From the human T2T-CHM13v2.0 reference genome, Homo sapiens, in the NCBI RefSeq assembly GCF_009914755.1, contig NC_060928.1: DNA of 64,000 nt. One strand, given 5' to 3'. The notes below the pieces were generated by a model. It did no database searches, was not told the origin of the DNA, and saw nothing but the letters and a program-made list of their open reading frames with translations. Both the position numbers and the translations under genes were made by a program. Below are positions 53,404-64,000 of the stretch, piece after piece. Position 1 is the first letter of the stretch. Every line of letters starts with the position of its first letter.

Positions 53404-54129
53404 TATATGTACTTCATTTCATTCGATATGTTATACATATACAGAAATTAAAAATAAGCTTTTCTCCTTCTGTATTTACAGGCAATATCGTCACTATCTC
53501 TCTCAACTCACAGCCCTGACCTCCTACCTGATTAACTATTGCAAAATCCTGAATTTTCTTAATAATATAGCTTGAAATACACTGATATAGGTGTGTACTT
53601 TTCTTAACTAACTTAAAAAAGTGGGTATCTCCTCTTTCCATGGGCATGAAAATAATAATCATAGTTTTGAGAATAAAGAGAATGGGTCAAAGTCCTTAGT
53701 TTCATTTTAGTGACACTCTTCCCCAAAATATCTTCCTTTGTGACTTTTCCCATAAATGTTTGGTGATATAACTACCTATGCGTTCCTGACAAATGACTAT
53801 TTCCCCACTAAAATACAAATGCCCATGAGGTTATGAAGGGGTTATTACTGATCATAATTCACTATCATGAATGCAATTATTAGATTTTAAAAAAATAGCT
53901 ATGTAGATGAGGAGTTAGAAAAAATAGCAGTCAATATGTATTTCTGCTAAGGAGTACAGAATAAGATGTAGACATTTGGGTTTCTCTGGATAAAATGTCA
54001 TATGCCTAGAAAGAAGCACAACAAAAGTACTAGCTTTGAATGGGCAGTGGGAACCCATGAAAGAAAGAAAGGTTTATTTAATAATATGATCTATCTTGTC
54101 TTGACTCTTATTATGGCTTTACTTTCTGT

Positions 54130-54550
54130 TTCTATTAGAAATGTGTTCAAAACATAATGAAAGCAGTCAGCCGTAATTTAAGTACAGTTTAAACCCCACA
54201 TGGGGTTTTATATTTTACCTGTGGGAAGTTCAGGGGTAGAGAGTCAAAGGCTATGACAGCAGCTGAAAAATACCATCACCAATTTTGACTTTTTTCTCTT
54301 GCTTTTCCCTCATCCTTCATGTGTTTTTATCTCTTTAAAATCAAAAGATAATTGCTTAGTCTCCATATTTCACATTCTCATTCTAGGCAAGAAAAAAGTC
54401 ATAAATTCCATATCCTTTTCTGTAAGAAATTTACCTTTTATTTGGGAAGGAATCCCTTCCTACAAAACATCCATACATATCTCACTTACAAGAGACACAA
54501 TAAGCTCATACCACACTGAAATGTAGCTAGGAAAAATGAATATTCATTTT
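54130..54550 (-). mobile_element. Old MLT1 (J/K/L-like) LTR fragment
   Basis: Weak similarity to recalled MaLR motifs. Confidence 0.35.
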
Positions 54551-54594
54551 TTAGTTCTTCTGAAAGAGGAAAGCAAGGGAGAAGGTGGTGAACC

Positions 54595-54725
54595 ATCATT
54601 TTTATTCATTCATTTTCACATATTTATTAAGTGTGTATGGTGTTTCTGGAAGCTTTCTAGGCATAGATAGTATAGTATATTATACCAGAAAATACAAAAA
54701 TTCTCATTTTAGAACTTACATTTTA
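54595..54725 (-). mobile_element. L2 3' end
   Basis: ttattcattcatt...catatttattaagtg...agaacttacattttag. Confidence 0.65.
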
Positions 54726-55890
54726 GTATCAGAATGCTGCTGGCCTAGTAAAATGTGTTAGAGAGAAGTCACTCATTTTTTTTGGGGGGGGGAATAATTT
54801 CAGTAGAATTGGTACCAGCTCTTCTTTGTATGTCTGCTAGAATACAACTGTGAATCTGTCTCTTCCAGGGCTTTTTAGTTGGGAGGCTTTTTATTATTGA
54901 TTCAGTTTTGAAATTCATTATTTTTCTGGCCAGGATTTCAATTTCTTCCTGTTTCAATCTTGGGAGCTTGTGTATTTCCAGGAATTTATTCATTTCTTCT
55001 ATGTTTTCTAGTTTGTGTTCATAGAGGTAATTTTAATAGTCTCTGAGGATTTTTTGTATTTCTTTGTGGTTAGTAGTAATGTCATCTTTGCCATTTCTGA
55101 TTGTGTTTATCTTGATCTTCTCCTTTTTCTCTTTATTCCTTTAGCTAAAGGTCTATCGATCTTGTTTATTCTCTCAAAGAACCAACTTATGTTTTCATTC
55201 ATCTTTTGGATGGATTTTTGCATCTCAATTTCATTCAACTCTGATTTCAGTTACTTCTTTTCTTCTGCTAGCTTTCTGGTTGTTTTGCTCTTGTTTTTCA
55301 AGTTCCTCTTGTTGTGATGTTAGGTTTTAATTTGAGATCTTTCAAACTTTTTGATATAGGCATATACTGCTGTAAACCTTTCTCTTAACACTCTGTAAGC
55401 TGTGTCCCAGAGATTCTGGCATGTTGTGTCTTTATTATCATTAGTTTCGAATAATTTTCTTGATTTCTGCCTTAATGTCTTTATTTACCCAGAAGCCATT
55501 TAGGAGCAGGTTGTTTAATTTCCATGTAATTGTATGGTTTTGAGCAATTCTCTTAGCATTGATTTATATGATTTTTGTGCTCCTGTCCAAGAATGTAGTT
55601 GGTATGATTTCATATTTTGTATTTTTTCTGATAATTGTCTTATGGCCAAGTGTGTGGCTGATCTTAGAATATGTGCTGTTTGCAGATAATAAGAATGTAT
55701 ATTCTATTGTTGTTGGGTACAGTGTTCTGCAGATGTCTCTTAGGTCCATTTGGACAAGAGTTGAATTTATGTACCAAAAAACTGTTAGTTATGTGCCTCA
55801 ATGATCTACTACTCTCCGTGGGATGTTGAAGTCTCCTGCTATTATTGTTGGTAATTTAAGTCTCTTCATAGGTCTCTGAGAACTTTTCTT
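54726..55890 (-). mobile_element. Inverted 5' segment of an old primate L1 (L1PA16/L1PB4-like) ORF2
   Basis: ORFs 54769-54993 (MNKFLE..LPRL.QEEIE) and 55564-55749 (MDLRDICRTLYP..EYTF). Its left end continues seamlessly into the + strand L1 at ~55896. Confidence 0.85.
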
Positions 55891-56022
55891 TTTTAAATAC
55901 CAAAACCTGGCAAAGACAGAAAAGAGAAAACTTTCAGCCAATACTCCTGATGTACATAGACACAAAAATCCTCAACAAAAATACTAGCAAGCCAAACCCA
56001 ATAGCATACCAGAAAGCTAATC

Positions 56023-58423
56023 TATAATCCCAAAGTCTATGGGATACAGGGAAAGCCATAGAAAGAGGAAAATTTATAGCTGTAAGTGCCTACCTAAAAA
56101 AAGCTGCAAATAAATAACCTAATGATGCATCTTAAATAATTAGATAAGAGCAAATTAAACCCAAAATTAGTAGGCAAAAGGAAATAATAATAATAATAAT
56201 CATGCAGAAATAAAGGAATTTGAAATAAAGAACACGATACAAGATCTATGAAACAGAACGTTGATTTTTTTTAAAGTTTAACAACATTGACAAACCTTTA
56301 GCAAGACTAACTAAGAAAAAAAGAGAAAAGACCCAAATAAAATCAGAGATGAAAAATAAAACATCACAACTGATGGTTCAGCAATTTAAAGGAAAATTAC
56401 TGGCCGCTATGAGCAACTATACACCAATAAATTGGAAAATCTAGAAGAAATGAAAAAAATTGTTAGACACATACAACCTACCAAGATTGAACCATGGAAA
56501 AAATCCAAAACCTAAATACACCAATAACAAGTAACAAGATTGAAGTAATAATAAAAAGTCACCTTGTAAAGAAAAGTCCAGCACCAAATGGCTTCACTGC
56601 TGAATTCTACCAAACATTTAAAGAATTAATAGCATTTCTACTCAAACTATTTTGAAAAATAAAGAGGGAATACTTCCAAACTCATTCTATGAGGCCAGTA
56701 TTACCCTGACATCAAAATCAAAAACACATACAATAAGAAAACTATTGTCAAATTTATCTGATGAATATTGATGTGAAAAGCCTCAGTAAACCATTAAAAA
56801 ACTGAATTCAACAATACATTAAAAAGACCATTGGTCATAACCATCTGGTATTTATTCCAGAAATGCAAGGATGGTTCAACATCTACAAATCAGTACATGT
56901 GAGGAGACATTACCTGACCTCAAATTATACTACATGGCTATAGTAATCAAAATGGCATGTACTGGCATAGAAATAGACACATAGGTCAATGGAACATAAT
57001 AGAAAACCCAGAAACAAAGCCAAACACGTACACTGAACTCATTTTTGACAAAGGTGCCAAGAACACAGTAAATGGTGCTGGGAAAACTCAATATTCTAGT
57101 AAAGAAGAATAAAATTTGATCTTTATCCCTTATTTTATACAAAAATCAAATCAAAATATATTAAAGACTTAAATATAAGACGTCAGACTATGAAACTACT
57201 ACAAGAAAACAGGAAACCTCTCCAGGATATAGCTCTGAGCAAAAATTTTTGGGGGCAATACACCACAAGCACAGACAGCCAAAGCATAAATGGACAAATT
57301 TGAATACATCAAATTAAAACGCTTTCACACAGCAAAGGAAACAATCAACAAAGTGAAGAGACAAACTACAGAATGCAAGAAAATGTTTGCAAATGACTCA
57401 TCTGACAAGAGATTAGTAAAAAGAATATATAAGAAGTACCAATATCTCTGTAGGGCAAAAATCTAATAATCTGATCATAAAACAGGGAAAAGGGTGAATA
57501 GACATTCCTCAAAAGAAGGCATACAAATGGCAAACAGGCATGTGAAAAAGTGGTCAACATCACTGATCATCAGAGAAATGCAAATCAAAACTACAATAAG
57601 TTATCATTTCAACTCAGTTAACATGGCTTTTATCCAAGTGAAGCAATAACAAATGCTAGCAAGAATGTGGAGCAAAGGATACCCTTGTGTACTGTTGGTG
57701 GGAATGTAAATTAGTAGAACCACTATAGAAAACAATTTGTATGTTCCTCAAAAAACTAAAAATAGAGCTGTAATATGATCCAGGAATCCCACTACTGAGT
57801 ACATATTCAAAAGAAAGAAAATTAATATATCAAAGCATTGTTTACAATAGCCAAGACTTGTAAGCAACCTAAGTGTCCATCAACAGACAAATGGATACAG
57901 AAAATGTGACACTTAAACACAATGGAGCTATTCAGCCATAAAAAAATAAAATGAGTTTCTGTAATTTGCAACAACATAGATGAAATGGGAGGTCATTATA
58001 TTAAATGAAATGAGCCAGACACAGAAAAGCAAACATCACATATTCTCATTTGTTTGTGAGATCCAATAATCAAAATAATTGAACTCATTGAAATAGAGAA
58101 TATAAGGATGATTACTGGAGCCTGGGAAGGGTAGTAGGTGGGTGGGGAGTAGGTAGGGATGGTTAATGGGTGCAAAAAAGTAGAATGAATAAGACATATT
58201 ATTTGATAGCACAACAGGGAGGCAATAGTCAATAATAATTTAATTGTACATTTTGATATAACTAAAGTAGTATAATTGGATTGTTTGTAACAGGAAAGAT
58301 AAATGCTTGTGGGAATGGATACCCAATTTTCCATGCTGTGGTTATTACATTTTGCATACCTGTACAAAAATATCATGTACCCTATAAATACATGCACTTA
58401 TATGTACCCACCAAATTTTTTTT
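56023..58423 (+). mobile_element. 5'-truncated L1MA2-like element nested in the host L1
   Basis: ORF2 fragment with a large internal deletion near 56900. 3' UTR gatagcacaacaggg...tataattggattgtttgtaaca...tgtacccac. Flanked by aaagctaa on both sides. Confidence 0.8.
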
Positions 58424-58764
58424 GAAAAAGCTAAGACACCGTGATGAAATACACTTTATTCTTGAGATGCAAGGTTGGTTCAGAATATGCAAATCAATAA
58501 ATCACATAAGCAGAAGTAAAAGGAAAAAACACATGATTATCTCAATAGACACAGAAAAGACTGCTGCTGAAATTCAACATCCCTTCATGTTAAAAACCCT
58601 CAACAAACTAGGAACGAAATTAACATACTTCAAAATAATTAAAGCCTTCTATGACAAGCCAGCATCATACTTAACAGGCAAAAGCTGAAAGCATTTCTCT
58701 TGAGAACTGAAACAAACAGGGATGCTTACTCCCACTACCCCTATTCAACATAGAATTGGAAGTC

Positions 58765-61506
<2,742 letters not shown>

Positions 61507-61606
61507 AAGTCCTAGCCAAAGTCATCAGGCAAGAGAAAGAAATAAAAATCATGCAAATAGAAAGGGCAGAAATCAAACTATCTCTCTTCACGGGCAATAT
61601 GATTTT

Positions 61607-61906
61607 CTTTTTTTTAAACGGAGTTTCACTCTGTCACGCTGGCTGGAGTGTAGTGGTGTGATTCAGCTCACTGCAGCCTCCGCCCCCAAGGTTCAAGTGA
61701 TTCTCCTGCCTCAGACTCCTGAGTAGCTGGGATTGTAGGCACCCACCACTGTGCCCGACTAATTTTTGTATTTTTAGTAGAGACAGGGTTTCACCATTTT
61801 GGCCAGGCTGGTCTCGAACTCCTGACCTCAGGGATCCACCCACCTTGGCTATCTAAAGAGCTGTGATTACAGGCATGAGTCACAGGCATGAGTCACCGCA
61901 CCCGTT
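61607..61906 (-). mobile_element. AluS
   Basis: TSD ggcaatatgatttt at 61593-61606 and 61907-61920; internal 13-bp tandem duplication caggcatgagtca. Confidence 0.93.
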
Positions 61907-62206
61907 GGCAATATGATTTTATACCTAGAACACCACAAGTCTCTGCACCAAAGGCTGCTAGAACTGATAAACAATTTCAGCATTTCAGGGAACAAAATAA
62001 ATGTGCAAAAATCAGTAGCATTTCAATTCAAAAATAACATCCAAGCTGAGAACTAAATCAAGCACACAATCCTATTCACAATAGTTATAAAACACATACC
62101 TGGGAATATAGCTACTCAGGGAAGTTAAAAATTTCTACAATCAGAATTAAACAACACTGCTGAAGGAAATCAGAGACAACACAAATAAAATTTAAAAAGC
62201 ATTCCA

Positions 62207-62550
<344 letters not shown>

Positions 62551-63469
62551 TTACAGATTAAATGCTATTCCTATCAAACAGTCAATGTCATTTTTCACAG
62601 AATTAGAAAAAAAAAACTATGCTAAAATTTGTATTGAAACAGAAAAAGCCAGAATAGCTAAACAACCCTAGGTAAAAGAACAGAACAAAGCCAGAGACAT
62701 CACACTGCCTGACTTCAAACTATACTACACAACTACATTAACCAAAACAGCATGATTCTGCTACAAAAACAAACACACAGACCAATAGAATAAAATAGAA
62801 AACCCAGAAATAAGGCCACACACCTACAACTATCTGATCTTCAATAAACCTAACAAAAACCAGCAATGGGGAAAAGACTCCCTATTCAATAAATGGTGCT
62901 GGGAAAACTGGCTACCCATATGCAGAAGATTGAAACTGGATCCCTTCCTATCATCATATATAAAAATCAACTCAAGATAATTAAAGACTTAAATGTAAGA
63001 CCTAAAACTATAAAAACTCTAGAAGAAAACCAGGAAATACTCTTCTGGATATAAGCCTTGGAAAAGATTTTATAACAGTCTCCAAAAGCAATTTCAACAA
63101 AAATAAAAATGGACAAGTGGGAACTAATTAAACTAAAAAGCTTCTGCAAAACCAAAGAAACTGTCAACAGAGTAAACAGACAACCTACAGAATGGGAGGA
63201 AATATTTGCAAAGTATGCATCCAACAAAGATCTAATGACACGAATTTGTATGTAACTTAAATAAATCAACAAACAAAAAACAAACAATTCCTTTAAAAAA
63301 TGGGAAAAGGGCATAAGTAGATATTTTTCAAAAGAAGACATACACATGGCCAACAAGTGAATGAAAACATATTCAATATTACTAATCATTAGAAAAATGC
63401 AGTCAAACCCTCAATAAGATACCATATCATACCAGTCAGAATGGCTATTATTAAAAAGTCAAAAAATAG

Positions 63470-63790
<321 letters not shown>

Positions 63791-64000
63791 CTATTGGTGA
63801 CGCTGTGGCAAAAAGGGAATGCTTATACACTGTTGGTGGGAATGTAAATTAGTTTAGTTGCTGTGGAAAGCAGTTTAGACCTCTCTCAAGGAAATTAAAA
63901 CAGAATGACTATTTGACCCAGCAATGTCATTAATGGGTACATAGCCTAAGGAATGTATATCATTTTACCAAAAAGACACATACAGTTGTATGTTCATCAC

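Noticed and set aside
54191-54208. aaacccca-ca-tggggttt hairpin, terminator-like
   Set aside because: 8-bp stem within a decayed repeat; intrinsic terminators are not relevant in this eukaryotic context.

Overview
AT-rich primate genomic DNA, most likely human or great ape given LTR12C, L1PA3-like and AluY-like elements. It is intergenic or deep intronic, dominated by transposable elements, and contains no host protein-coding exon, RNA gene or intact ORF that I can support. Main landmarks: (1) the 3' half of a deleted HERV-H provirus (+) with its 3' LTR7, interrupted by an antisense solo LTR12C; (2) an old L1M, a 5'-inverted L1PA and a near-full-length L1PB1 (-); (3) Tigger2a carrying an AluY; (4) a two-LTR HERV-S/HERVL18 provirus (-) with a tRNA-Ser PBS, a 5-bp TSD and a nested MLT2A LTR; (5) a 5'-truncated L1PA3-like insertion with a tiny candidate 3' transduction; (6) a ~9-kb nested stack at the right end (5'-inverted old L1 host containing an L1MA2, a two-LTR MSTA element and four Alus). 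Subfamily names come from recalled consensus similarity, not from a database search. I found no convincing new biological system. The best leads are a recursive-splice-like AG|GT site (-), a HERV-S 5' LTR that looks like a promoter/first exon, the convergent LTR12C/HERV-H arrangement, and several repair or retrotransposition scars.
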